Assembly (NCBI GenBank): GCA_963662655.2
Contig: CAXXTU010000002.1
Coordinates: forward strand, 3,456,001-3,520,000
DNA: 64,000 nucleotides
Origin: Candidatus Cloacimonadales bacterium
Lineage (GTDB): Bacteria > Cloacimonadota > Cloacimonadia > Cloacimonadales > JAIOQZ01
Reading direction: 5' to 3'
A program made the translations under genes and the position numbers. Below, piece by piece: positions 20,228 through 28,912 of the stretch. How positions within the stretch are numbered: position 1 is the stretch's first letter; the number at the start of each line of letters is the position of its first letter. The notes under the pieces were generated by a model. The model did not search any database, was not told the origin of the DNA, and saw nothing but the letters and a program-made list of their open reading frames with translations.

Positions 20228-21062
20228 TCGATACAGAATCTGTGCGATTTTTCTGTTGATTTATCTGTATGGCAACACTCTTTTATCCAGCGAGGAATCA
20301 ATCCCTGATTACCGGAGCACGATCGATTCATTGCGTACGGTTCTGATCGAAAAAGATATCCCACCGCAGTGGTTCGACGATCTCGTTGCCCATGAGAATT
20401 TCAAGGTATACCCATCGATGAACGAGTATTTCGAGCGTATGGCCGAGCACCGTGTCGATCACAAACAGGAGAAGACTTTCGACTGGTATCTGGAGTTTTT
20501 CGGAGTTCCTCGGAAGCTGGAGAAGGCCAGGAAGTTCATCGAGGAAAACCGGGATGTTCTCGAGCGCGCCGAGAAGCGGAACGGCGTTCACTACGAACTG
20601 GTCGTGGCGATCCTCGGCATGGAGACGAACTTCGCTCAGAATCGCCATCGGGGGAACTTCCATACGTTCAATACACTCGTCTCGCAATACGTGCTGATGC
20701 CCCGGAGGCGAAATTTCGCCGTGCGTGAGATCGTCTCGCTCTATCAGTTCTCGCAACGTACGGAGCGCGATATCTGGGAATTCATTGGATCGTTCGCCGG
20801 CGCGGCGGGGTGGGGGCAATTCATCCCGTCCTCGATGCAAAGCTTCTTCATCGATTCGAACGGAGACGAGAAGGATGTCGACATTTTCTCGCTGGACGAC
20901 AACATCTTCAGCATCGAGAACTACCTCAACAAGCATGGCTTGAACCGCAAGACGATCGATAAACGCCAGGCCAGGTACGATGCGGTGTATGCCTACAATC
21001 ACAGCGATGCATACGTACGGGCCGTGCTCTACATGTACGAGCACATGAAGAAAACGCCGTAG
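20142..21062 (+). CDS. Lytic murein transglycosylase, MltB/SLT_2 family (start uncertain)
   Basis: AILGMETNF, GSFAGAAGWGQFIPSS, D.NGD..D calcium loop, YNHS..Y. Confidence 0.88.
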   Translation: MNTSERNARRSILKTTRKAGSRYSTISHDRYRICAIFLLIYLYGNTLLSSEESIPDYRSTIDSLRTVLIEKDIPPQWFDDLVAHENFKVYPSMNEYFERMAEHRVDHKQEKTFDWYLEFFGVPRKLEKARKFIEENRDVLERAEKRNGVHYELVVAILGMETNFAQNRHRGNFHTFNTLVSQYVLMPRRRNFAVREIVSLYQFSQRTERDIWEFIGSFAGAAGWGQFIPSSMQSFFIDSNGDEKDVDIFSLDDNIFSIENYLNKHGLNRKTIDKRQARYDAVYAYNHSDAYVRAVLYMYEHMKKTP

Positions 21063-21161
21063 AGATTATCGCAAAATAACTCGCCAAATTCCCCAAAAGC
21101 CTTACTATATACAGTTAAACGAAAAACGTGCAGAAATAAATTGACAGGATAGCGCTGAGAC

Positions 21162-21176
21162 TGAGACTGAATATCA
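21162..21176. promoter_or_regulatory. Candidate Fur box downstream of a TTGACA -35 (21141-21146)
   Basis: TGAGACT-G-AATATCA matches 11/14 positions of TGATAAT-N-ATTATCA and lies just upstream of fur. Confidence 0.5.
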
Positions 21177-21195
21177 ATTGCAAAGTGAGGTGCTC

Positions 21196-21633
21196 ATGCA
21201 GAAACAATACGAAATCTTTGAGAAGTTCCTCGACCGGAAGGGGCTGAAGATGACGCGTTCGCGCAAGACGATTCTCGACGCGGTTTTCGAGACGCATGAT
21301 CATTTCAATGCGGATCAGCTTTACGAGCAGATACGCCTTCAGGATCAGACGGTATCGCGCGCAACGGTTTACCGCACCATACCTCTTCTGGTGGAGACGG
21401 GGCTGGTAAAGCAATCGATGCGGCGGAACTCGAAGAATTACTACGAGCATATCTACGGACATCCGAGCCACCTGCATCTGATATGCACTCGTTGCGGCGG
21501 GATATTCGAGGTGAAGTCCGGCAGCCTGGAGAAAGAGCTGAGGGCGCTATGTCGGAAGCGGGATTTCCGGATCGGTGAGTTCAGTATATCCGTGAAGGGA
21601 TATTGCCGTAAGTGCACGGAAAGGAAAGAGTAA
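21196..21633 (+). CDS. fur: Fur family transcriptional regulator
   Basis: TRSR..IL, H.NA, VSRATVYRT, HLHLICTRCG, CRKC. Confidence 0.92.
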   Translation: MQKQYEIFEKFLDRKGLKMTRSRKTILDAVFETHDHFNADQLYEQIRLQDQTVSRATVYRTIPLLVETGLVKQSMRRNSKNYYEHIYGHPSHLHLICTRCGGIFEVKSGSLEKELRALCRKRDFRIGEFSISVKGYCRKCTERKE

Positions 21634-21634
21634 G

Positions 21635-21955
21635 ATGATAAAGGGAATGGCAAACAGACTTCGTCGCATGGGACGGGCGATGGGCAACAGGCACCACAAG
21701 CACGGCTGCTGTGGCGGTAGACATGGTCGCTGCATGGGTGGTCTTGACCACAAGCCGTTGGACGAATGCTCCGAAAACGAACGTGTATGCATCCATCGCA
21801 ATCCTGACAGGCAAACGATGGAGATGGGGCTTCACAACGGAGGGCTCGTTATCATGCTGAAAAACGACCCCTCGGACAACAATATCGTCGTGGGAATCGG
21901 GAATTCTCGCTTTATTCTTTCCCGCAGGATCGCTCGATTGATCGAAGTGGGGTAG
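21635..21955 (+). CDS. feoA: FeoA family protein with His/Cys-rich N-terminal extension
   Basis: MEMGL..G..V...N...VGIGNSRFILSR.IA..I.V FeoA pattern. Confidence 0.8.
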   Translation: MIKGMANRLRRMGRAMGNRHHKHGCCGGRHGRCMGGLDHKPLDECSENERVCIHRNPDRQTMEMGLHNGGLVIMLKNDPSDNNIVVGIGNSRFILSRRIARLIEVG

Positions 21956-21958
21956 AAG

Positions 21959-22195
21959 ATGCTTCGCGAACTGCGCGACTACATTCGGCAGCATGGACAG
22001 GCAGATATGTGGACATTGAAGAATCGGTTCGATGTCCCGCCGGAAGCGCTCCGGCCCATGCTGGAGATGTTGATACGCAAAGGGGACGTTACCCGTTCGG
22101 ACTTCCGATGCGACTCGTGCTCGAGCGGGAGCTGCGCCGGTTGCGGCACTCAACTGCTCTCCGAGATTTACATGGCAACAAAGCAAGCTGTTTAG
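21959..22195 (+). CDS. FeoC-like winged-helix Fe-S protein
   Basis: LRELRDYI...G...L...F......L..ML..L.RKG followed by CDSCSSGSCAGC. Confidence 0.8.
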   Translation: MLRELRDYIRQHGQADMWTLKNRFDVPPEALRPMLEMLIRKGDVTRSDFRCDSCSSGSCAGCGTQLLSEIYMATKQAV

Positions 22196-22275
22196 AAATT
22201 ACCTTTCTGGTTTCTCTCATTTTCATTGACAAACTCAAATAACTCATGTCCCATGCATTATGGAGGAAAACAGAA

Positions 22276-23379
22276 ATGACGATGGTGAATATTCTTCGTA
22301 ATGTTCCTTTTTTTAGTTCCCTGAGCGATGAAGACTTGCGGCAGATTGCCGAATATTTCAGAGAGCTGACTTTCAACGCCGGTGACGTCGTGTTCACGGA
22401 AGGCGAGAAAGGCGACAGCTTCTATATATTGAAAGAAGGTGCCCTGGAGATTACCAAACGGATTCGCGACGATCTCGAGACGGAAGCCGAACTCAGCACG
22501 ATGGAACCGTACGAGTTCTTCGGTGAAATGTCTCTGCTGGACGAGAGCCCGAGGTCGGCCACCGCGAAGGCGATAACCGATGTGATCGTGCTTCGGATGG
22601 ACAAAAACGATTTCCTCGATGTCTGCATTCAGCATCCACAGGTAATCTTCCATCTCACCAAGACGATGTCGAAGCATCTGAGAAACACCAACAACCAGTT
22701 TGCCAGCGTTCTCGACAACCTGATCAAGCGCAACAAACTCGCTGCGATCGGATCGGCAGCAAGCAAAATCGTTCACGATATCAAGACGCCGATCACCGTT
22801 ATCGTTCTCACTGCGCAGCTTATCGAGAACCTCTATCCGGACACGTCGAAGTATATCCAGCGAATCGTTCGTCAGACAGGCGTGCTTGACGACATGGTCC
22901 GCGAGATCCTCGATTTTGCCCGGGGCGAGCGCATCAATCTGGATATCAAGCCGGTGGATATGGATACGTTTTGCAGCAATGTGATGGAAGACATGTATCC
23001 GATCGCGAAGGATCGCGGTATCGAACTCCGGGTGATCAACAACGTGAACAAGCCGGTGGGATTCGACCAGAAGCGGATCAAGCGCACAGTGGTGAATATT
23101 ATCAAGAACTCGATGGAAGCGCTGGGAACATCCGGCGATATCAATGTGGAGACCAGGGAATGCGAGGAGCGGCTGCATATCGCGATTTGGGATAACGGTC
23201 CCGGGATTCCCGAAGATATCCTGCCGACGATTTTCGAGGCCTTCGTGACCAAGGGAAAGAAGGACGGAACGGGTCTCGGGTTGGCCATAAGCAAGAAAGT
23301 GGTTTCGGATCATCGTGGCGAGATAACCGCATCGAACTACGACGGGGGAGCTCGCTTCGATATCTATCTGCCGATGTAA
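22276..23379 (+). CDS. Cyclic-nucleotide-binding-domain histidine kinase (soluble)
   Basis: cNMP domain (FFGEMSLL..PRSATA), H-box VHDIKTP, N-box NIIKNS, DNGPGIP, GTGLGL. Confidence 0.92.
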   Translation: MTMVNILRNVPFFSSLSDEDLRQIAEYFRELTFNAGDVVFTEGEKGDSFYILKEGALEITKRIRDDLETEAELSTMEPYEFFGEMSLLDESPRSATAKAITDVIVLRMDKNDFLDVCIQHPQVIFHLTKTMSKHLRNTNNQFASVLDNLIKRNKLAAIGSAASKIVHDIKTPITVIVLTAQLIENLYPDTSKYIQRIVRQTGVLDDMVREILDFARGERINLDIKPVDMDTFCSNVMEDMYPIAKDRGIELRVINNVNKPVGFDQKRIKRTVVNIIKNSMEALGTSGDINVETRECEERLHIAIWDNGPGIPEDILPTIFEAFVTKGKKDGTGLGLAISKKVVSDHRGEITASNYDGGARFDIYLPM

Positions 23380-23522
23380 TTCCAGGGATTGCCGGATCGT
23401 CAGCGCTGTTTGAAATCGAACGAATGAAGTAGATTGAAAATATCAAGATCGATAAATTCCTTGCCATAATTTTACCGATCTTTTTTTGTGACACGAGATA
23501 AGAATTAAAACAGGTGGTTATC

Positions 23523-23714
23523 ATGTCTAGAATATGTGATGTATGCGGAAAGCAAGCGCAGGTTGGAAACAACCGCAGCCACGCTTTAAATGCAACCAAA
23601 CGCCGCTTTCAACCGAATCTTTCCAAGATTCGCGCTGAAATTGATGGCGAAGTCAAGAATATCCGTATTTGCGCGTCCTGCCTGAAGGCAAACAAGGTTC
23701 GCAAAGTCGTATAA
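23523..23714 (+). CDS. rpmB: 50S ribosomal protein L28
   Basis: [10 protein letters not shown]...GNNRSHA...RRFQPNL...ICASCLK. Confidence 0.97.
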   Translation: MSRICDVCGKQAQVGNNRSHALNATKRRFQPNLSKIRAEIDGEVKNIRICASCLKANKVRKVV

Positions 23715-23735
23715 GAAAAGATTTGACTGAAAAGT

Positions 23736-23765
23736 AAGCCCCTTCCATTTTGAAGGGGCTTTTTT
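23736..23765 (+). terminator. Rho-independent terminator after rpmB
   Basis: AAGCCCCTTC-CATTTT-GAAGGGGCTT followed by a T-run. Confidence 0.9.
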
Positions 23766-23804
23766 AATGGAATTTGCATCGAAGATAATCATCAGGAGGT
23801 TAGA

Positions 23805-24287
23805 ATGCAGATCATTACGGAAAAAATCAATCTGCCGGAAGAGCTGAATATCATATATGGAATGTCCCATTTCATCAAGACGGTCGAGGATCTGTATGAA
23901 GCGCTGGTGAACAGCGTTCCCGGAATCAAGTTCGGGCTGGCGTTCAACGAAGCGTCGGGCCCTTGCCTGGTGCGATTCGACGGAACGGATCAGGAATTGA
24001 TCGATGTGGCGGTTGAAAATCAGAAACGCATCGGAGCAGGTCATACCTTCTTGATCGTCATGAGAGACGCGTTCCCAATCAACGTTCTGCCGGCTGTGAA
24101 ATCGTGCCGCGAGGTGGTGAGTGTTTTCTGCGCGACCGCGAATCCCGTGGAAGTTATTCTGGCCGAGAGAGAGCAGGGGCGTGGAGTCCTTGGCGTGATC
24201 GACGGTTTTTCCCCGAAGGGAATCGAGCAGGATGAGGATATCGAGAAGCGTAAATCGTTCTTGCAGATGATCGGATACAAGCGATAG
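23805..24287 (+). CDS. Adenosine-specific kinase family (DUF355)
   Basis: SHFIKTVEDLYEAL, FGLAFNEASG, GAGH, FPINVL, ATANP, GRGVLGVIDG. Confidence 0.88.
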   Translation: MQIITEKINLPEELNIIYGMSHFIKTVEDLYEALVNSVPGIKFGLAFNEASGPCLVRFDGTDQELIDVAVENQKRIGAGHTFLIVMRDAFPINVLPAVKSCREVVSVFCATANPVEVILAEREQGRGVLGVIDGFSPKGIEQDEDIEKRKSFLQMIGYKR

Positions 24288-24294
24288 GAGTATC

Positions 24295-24861
24295 ATGCGA
24301 CTTTTTCTGGCTTTTGAACTGCCTGAAGAGGTAAAGGATGAGTTGGCCCGGATATCCGAGGAACTCATGAATATCATTCCGCGCGGGATCAAGTGGGTCG
24401 AGCCGGAGAATATGCATATTACGCTGCAATTCCTCGGAGATGTTTCCAGCGCCGATGTGAAAATTCTGGACGAGTATTTCAGCTCGCTGCTGGATACCGT
24501 AACGGAGTTCGATATCGAGAATCCGGTGATTGAGGCGGTTCCGGCCAAGAATCCGCGTGTGATCTGGGTTCATTACGAATCGAACAACAAGAGGATATTC
24601 TCTCTGCCCGGAAAAATCCGCAGCATGGCGGATGATTTGGGATATTCGCTGGATAAAAAACCCTTGAAGCTTCATGCGACGTTGGGACGGGTCAAGTCTC
24701 CCGTCGAATTGAGCCAGATTGCCGAAATGCTTAGCTTCAAGCCGGCAATCAATGAAATGACGATAAATCGAGTAACATTATACAAAAGCGTGCTGCAACC
24801 TGAGGGCCCCGTCTATACCGCGCTCGGCAGCTACGATCTACAAAGGAGGAATAATGGCTGA
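24295..24861 (+). CDS. thpR: RNA 2',3'-cyclic phosphodiesterase (2H family)
   Basis: MRLFLA, two HxT motifs ([14 protein letters not shown]), SVL...GPVY; lies upstream of recA. Confidence 0.92.
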   Translation: MRLFLAFELPEEVKDELARISEELMNIIPRGIKWVEPENMHITLQFLGDVSSADVKILDEYFSSLLDTVTEFDIENPVIEAVPAKNPRVIWVHYESNNKRIFSLPGKIRSMADDLGYSLDKKPLKLHATLGRVKSPVELSQIAEMLSFKPAINEMTINRVTLYKSVLQPEGPVYTALGSYDLQRRNNG

Positions 24862-25894
24862 CAAAGGCAAAGCAGATGCTTTGAAGACCGCGATGAATCA
24901 ACTTGAGAAGAAGTACGGGATCGGAACCATCATGCGGATGGGCGATCGTCCCAAGCTGGATGTGGATGTGATCCCCACGGGTGCGATCAACCTGGACGCA
25001 GCGCTGGGAATCGGTGGCGTTCCCAAGGGGAGAATCACCGAAGTCTATGGCGCTGAGGCTTCCGGTAAAACAACACTGACCCTGCACATCGCAGCGGAAG
25101 CGCAGAAGTTGGGCGGCACCATTGCATTCATCGACGCGGAGCACGCTCTGGATCCTTTCTATGCTCGCAGGCTGGGTGTCGATACCGACAGCATGCTGAT
25201 CTCGCAGCCGGACGGCGGCGAGCAAGCGCTGGAGATCGTAGAAACGCTGGTGCGAAGCAACGCGATCGATCTCATCATCGTTGACTCCGTGGCGGCCCTG
25301 GTTCCCCGCGCCGAGATCGAAGGCGAGATGGGCGACAGTCATGTCGGGCTTCAGGCCAGGCTCATGTCGCAAGCGCTTCGCAAGCTTACCAGCATCGTGA
25401 GTAAATCCAACACGGCGGTGATCTTCATCAATCAGACCCGCATGAAGATCGGCGTTCCGGCATACGTGAATCCGGAAACCACGACCGGCGGTGTCGCGCT
25501 GAAATTCTATTCGTCGCTGCGCATGGAAGTCCGTAACGGCGGTTCGATCAAGGATACGAGCGGTGGCGCGATAAATATCATTGGGCAGAAAACGCGTGTG
25601 AAAGTGGTGAAGAACAAGTTTGCACCACCTTTCAAGACGGTCGAGTTCCCCATCGTGTACGGTCTGGGTATCTCGCATCTGGACATTGTGCTCAACATCG
25701 CTGCGGACACGGACGTGATCAAGAAGAGCGGTGCGTGGTTCTCGTACGGTGAAACCCGTCTTGGCCAGGGTGCCGAGAAGGCGAAGGATTTCCTGCGGGA
25801 CAACCCCGAGATCCTTCAGGAAGTCGAGGCGAAGGTGAAGGAATCGTTGAATCTCGTGATTATGGATGATGATGAAGGTAGCGCTGACGAATAA
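24854..25894 (+). CDS. recA: Recombinase RecA
   Basis: [46 protein letters not shown]. Confidence 0.99.
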   Translation: MADKGKADALKTAMNQLEKKYGIGTIMRMGDRPKLDVDVIPTGAINLDAALGIGGVPKGRITEVYGAEASGKTTLTLHIAAEAQKLGGTIAFIDAEHALDPFYARRLGVDTDSMLISQPDGGEQALEIVETLVRSNAIDLIIVDSVAALVPRAEIEGEMGDSHVGLQARLMSQALRKLTSIVSKSNTAVIFINQTRMKIGVPAYVNPETTTGGVALKFYSSLRMEVRNGGSIKDTSGGAINIIGQKTRVKVVKNKFAPPFKTVEFPIVYGLGISHLDIVLNIAADTDVIKKSGAWFSYGETRLGQGAEKAKDFLRDNPEILQEVEAKVKESLNLVIMDDDEGSADE

Positions 25895-26501
25895 AAGTAA
25901 AACGCAGGTTATCATCAGCGTGGACAATATTGAATGGGGGGTGCTGCCGCTGGCAAATCTCCCCTTTTTCATCGATACAAGCGTGGATGAGCAATCTGTG
26001 AACGATGCCGATTGGGGCTTGCTTCGGGATGAAATCCGCAAGTATGCCTGGAACCGACTGCTCGGGTATCTGGCTCGAAGGGAGCGCAGCATGCGGGAGA
26101 GCAGCGAATTCCTGGATAAGCTTCCGGCGCACTTCACCATTCGCAACGACCTTCTGGAGCGTGCCGTCGAGCGGAAGTTCATCAGCGATAGCCGGTTTGC
26201 GGAGCTATACACGTTAAGTTTGATGCGCAAGCAGAAGAGCAGGGAGGAAGCCCACTACAAGCTACGCGAGAAGGGCATCGATGAGATGCTTATCGAAAAG
26301 ACGCTCGCCGAGCGCTATACGGGCGAGGCCGAAACGGAGATGATCGAGCGCGCGGTGGAGAAGGCTCTCTTCCGGTTCCGTGATTTCCCACCCCGCAAGC
26401 GCTACGAGAAGGCACTTACATCGCTATGCCGGAGTGGATTCAGCTATGAGGATGTGAAAGACATGGTGAGAGACGCGGTGTATGGGGGAGACGGGGAGTG
26501 A
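25866..26501 (+). CDS. recX: Regulatory protein RecX
   Basis: [27 protein letters not shown]; overlaps the recA end. Confidence 0.85.
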   Translation: MMMKVALTNKSKTQVIISVDNIEWGVLPLANLPFFIDTSVDEQSVNDADWGLLRDEIRKYAWNRLLGYLARRERSMRESSEFLDKLPAHFTIRNDLLERAVERKFISDSRFAELYTLSLMRKQKSREEAHYKLREKGIDEMLIEKTLAERYTGEAETEMIERAVEKALFRFRDFPPRKRYEKALTSLCRSGFSYEDVKDMVRDAVYGGDGE

Positions 26502-26513
26502 GGTTGGTCGACC

Positions 26514-26641
26514 GGCGGGGCATCTTCGCCCGATTCCGCTTTACCCCGGGGATATACCACATCCTTGGAATAATTGAAGTCTGGAATCAAGGATGTGAAA
26601 CACCCCGCGGCAAAGCGGAATCGAACCAATCTGCTCCCGCC
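26514..26641. repeat. Dispersed long-hairpin element, copy 1
   Basis: GGCATCTTCGCCCGA ... TCGAACCAATCTGC bracket nested inverted repeats CGATTCCGCTTT/AAAGCGGAATCG and CACATCCTTG/CAAGGATGTG. Confidence 0.92.
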
Positions 26642-26764
26642 TCTGCGAAAATGAATCGCCGTTTTCCGATGGTTATGGAAGCAATAAAGAGTAAAAAACT
26701 GTGTGGAATACGTTTTTCTTGACACGAGCTTGTGGTAAATGCGTTTGGATAAACAGGTGAAACT

Positions 26765-27601
26765 ATGAAAAAGAAGAAAATCCAGCGTAGGAAAAATATT
26801 GTACAGGACTACGTAGAGGCGTTGCTGTTCGCGTTTGTGGTGGCGATGATCATACGTAACTACACGTTCCAGAACTTCATGATCCCGTCATCGTCCATGG
26901 AATCGACCATGCTGATCGGCGATTACCTGGTGGCGGACAAGATCAGCTTCCTCGTTGAGGATCCCGAGCGGGAAAACATCGTAACCTTCCGTTATCCGGC
27001 CGATCCCGTGACGCCGCAACCATCGGAGAACTACACGCGTCTGCTTGGACCGATCTACTGGAATCACGACAGCATGTTTTTCGCGTACCATGCTCCGAAG
27101 AACGTGGTGAAACGGGTGATCGGCATGCCGGGCGACTCGGTTCGCATCGTGAATCAACGAGTGTACGTCAACGGTGAGCCCATGATCCGAGATTACGAGC
27201 AGCATGTCGATCCGCAGAACTGGATGGGCCGCAACGCGCAGGGCGATCTGGTTGAGAGCCCCATCGTGTGGAGCCGCGGCAACTTCCCGGGCGCGGATGT
27301 CAGCTTTGGGCAATACGAGGGCAAGGAGATGGGTACGCGTGACGACTTCGGGCCGATTATCGTCCCCGAGGGCAGTTACTTCGTACTGGGCGACAATCGC
27401 GACCGCAGTCTCGACAGTCGTTACTGGGGATTTCTCGATCGCAAGTGCATCACCGGTACGCCGCTTCTGATTTTTTTCTCCGTTGGTGAAGAGCCTATCA
27501 AGAACATGCGCGAATACGCTTATTATATGAATCTGATGCGGCAAGGTAAGAAACCGCCTTCACGAATACGCTGGGAGCGTTTCTTCAATCTGATCAAATG
27601 A
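26765..27601 (+). CDS. lepB: Signal peptidase I
   Basis: IPSSSMEST, VKRVIGMPGD, LGDNRDRSLDSRYWG. Confidence 0.96.
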   Translation: MKKKKIQRRKNIVQDYVEALLFAFVVAMIIRNYTFQNFMIPSSSMESTMLIGDYLVADKISFLVEDPERENIVTFRYPADPVTPQPSENYTRLLGPIYWNHDSMFFAYHAPKNVVKRVIGMPGDSVRIVNQRVYVNGEPMIRDYEQHVDPQNWMGRNAQGDLVESPIVWSRGNFPGADVSFGQYEGKEMGTRDDFGPIIVPEGSYFVLGDNRDRSLDSRYWGFLDRKCITGTPLLIFFSVGEEPIKNMREYAYYMNLMRQGKKPPSRIRWERFFNLIK

Positions 27602-28701
27602 TGGCCGTTCGGCATGTCTATGTCCACATTCCCTTCTGCGTGAGAAAGTGTGGATACTGCTCGTTCTTCTCCATTCCTTCCGACAGCGTTACCGATTTCA
27701 CCCGTTTCAAAGCTCGCTACATTCGTTCTCTCCGAAATGAGATCGAGCTATTTTCAGAATACAATCAAATCATACCTGAAACCATATATTTTGGCGGGGG
27801 AACGCCCTCGCTGCTCACCGCAAGCGAGATCGACTCGATCGTAAGCGCGCTTGATCCCTCAGATGGTTGCGAGATAACTCTGGAGATGAACCCGGCCGTG
27901 ATCGCATCACCATTGGGCGATTATCGCAAGGTCGTTAACCGTGTGAGTTTGGGCGTGCAGTCGTTCATCGATAGCGAATTGAAGCTTCTGGGGCGCTTGC
28001 ATGACTCGGCGAAGGCGACCGATATCATCGGGAGAATTCGCGAGGCGGGATTCGGCAATCTGTCCATCGATCAGATGTACGGATTGCCCGGGCAGGGGAT
28101 CGAAGAGATTCGCTTCAACCTTGCGAGGATCAACGAGATCAAGCCGGAGCACGTGTCCATCTACTGCCTGAGTCTGGAGCCGGACGCTCCCATGTATGGA
28201 GCGTTGCTGCCGGAAGATGAAACGGTGGCTGATTTTTACGAAGCTTTACGCAAGGGTCTCTTGGGATATGAGCAGTACGAGATATCCAATTTTGCCTTGC
28301 ACGGATGCCAGAGTCGGCACAACAGCGCATACTGGGATGGGGTGGATTACATCGGACTTGGCGCGGGTGCTTCCGGCTATGTGGATGGTCAGCGATACAC
28401 CAATTGTGAGAGCGTTCAAGGTTATATGGAGAATATTGAACGCGGTATCATCCTGCCGGATGCGGAAATGCTCGACCGTGAAGAACGTCGGAAGGAGATG
28501 GTCATGCTATCCCTGAGAAAGATGAAGGGTCTCGATCTGGCCGGATATAAAGAGAGTTTCGGAAGCGATCTGGTGCAGGAAAAGGTGCAGGTAGTCTCCA
28601 GATTGGAGCAGGATGGCTATGTCATCGTAGAGGACGGTTTTTTACGGCTGCTTCCCAAAGGATTCTTCGTGTCGAACGAGATTATCGGTCAGATTCTTTA
28701 G
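27598..28701 (+). CDS. hemW: Radical SAM heme chaperone HemW (HemN-like)
   Basis: YVHIPFCVRKCGYC, YFGGGTPS, RVSLGVQS, YEISNF, HNSAYW. Confidence 0.92.
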   Translation: MMAVRHVYVHIPFCVRKCGYCSFFSIPSDSVTDFTRFKARYIRSLRNEIELFSEYNQIIPETIYFGGGTPSLLTASEIDSIVSALDPSDGCEITLEMNPAVIASPLGDYRKVVNRVSLGVQSFIDSELKLLGRLHDSAKATDIIGRIREAGFGNLSIDQMYGLPGQGIEEIRFNLARINEIKPEHVSIYCLSLEPDAPMYGALLPEDETVADFYEALRKGLLGYEQYEISNFALHGCQSRHNSAYWDGVDYIGLGAGASGYVDGQRYTNCESVQGYMENIERGIILPDAEMLDREERRKEMVMLSLRKMKGLDLAGYKESFGSDLVQEKVQVVSRLEQDGYVIVEDGFLRLLPKGFFVSNEIIGQIL

Positions 28702-28716
28702 ACTCTTGCTCGTCAA

Positions 28717-28849
28717 ACGGGGGGCATCTTCGCCCGATTCCGTTTTACCCCGGGAATATATCACATCCTTGGAATTATTGAAGGCTGGAATCAAGGATGT
28801 GAAACACCCCGCGGCAAAACGGAATCGAACCAATCTGCTCCCGCCTCGT
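28717..28849. repeat. Dispersed long-hairpin element, copy 2
   Basis: Near-identical to copy 1, with the compensatory change CCGTTTT/AAAACGG versus CCGCTTT/AAAGCGG. Confidence 0.92.
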
Positions 28850-28912
28850 GCATATATTTGCAAGTTGTGACGTTGATAAACGATTGCAAGGGCGTCCTTC
28901 GGTATTAAATAA

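Noticed and set aside
24749..26230. Long antisense ORFs opposite recA, lon, purA, cinA, KS and other genes
   Set aside because: Shadow ORFs produced by high-GC3 codon bias on the coding strand.
26612..26634. Minus-strand GGTTCGATTCC in the hairpin element as a tRNA T-arm
   Set aside because: No T-stem or cloverleaf can be built, and the bases pair within the long hairpin instead.
26514..26641. Hairpin element as an integron attC site
   Set aside because: No consistent RYYYAAC / GTTRRRY cores at the ends, the upstream genes are housekeeping, and no integrase is in the window.
26514..26641. Hairpin element as a hairpin or HDV-like ribozyme (GAAACAC, GTGGTATAT, GGCGAA fragments)
   Set aside because: The two loop-B-like fragments lie on opposite strands, and there is no room for the HDV P1/P3 pseudoknot.
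26498..26722. 74-aa ORF after recX (and ORFs 26444-26725 and 28642-28965 on the minus strand)
   Set aside because: These are translations of the hairpin repeat; the reading frames are not preserved in copies 3 and 4.
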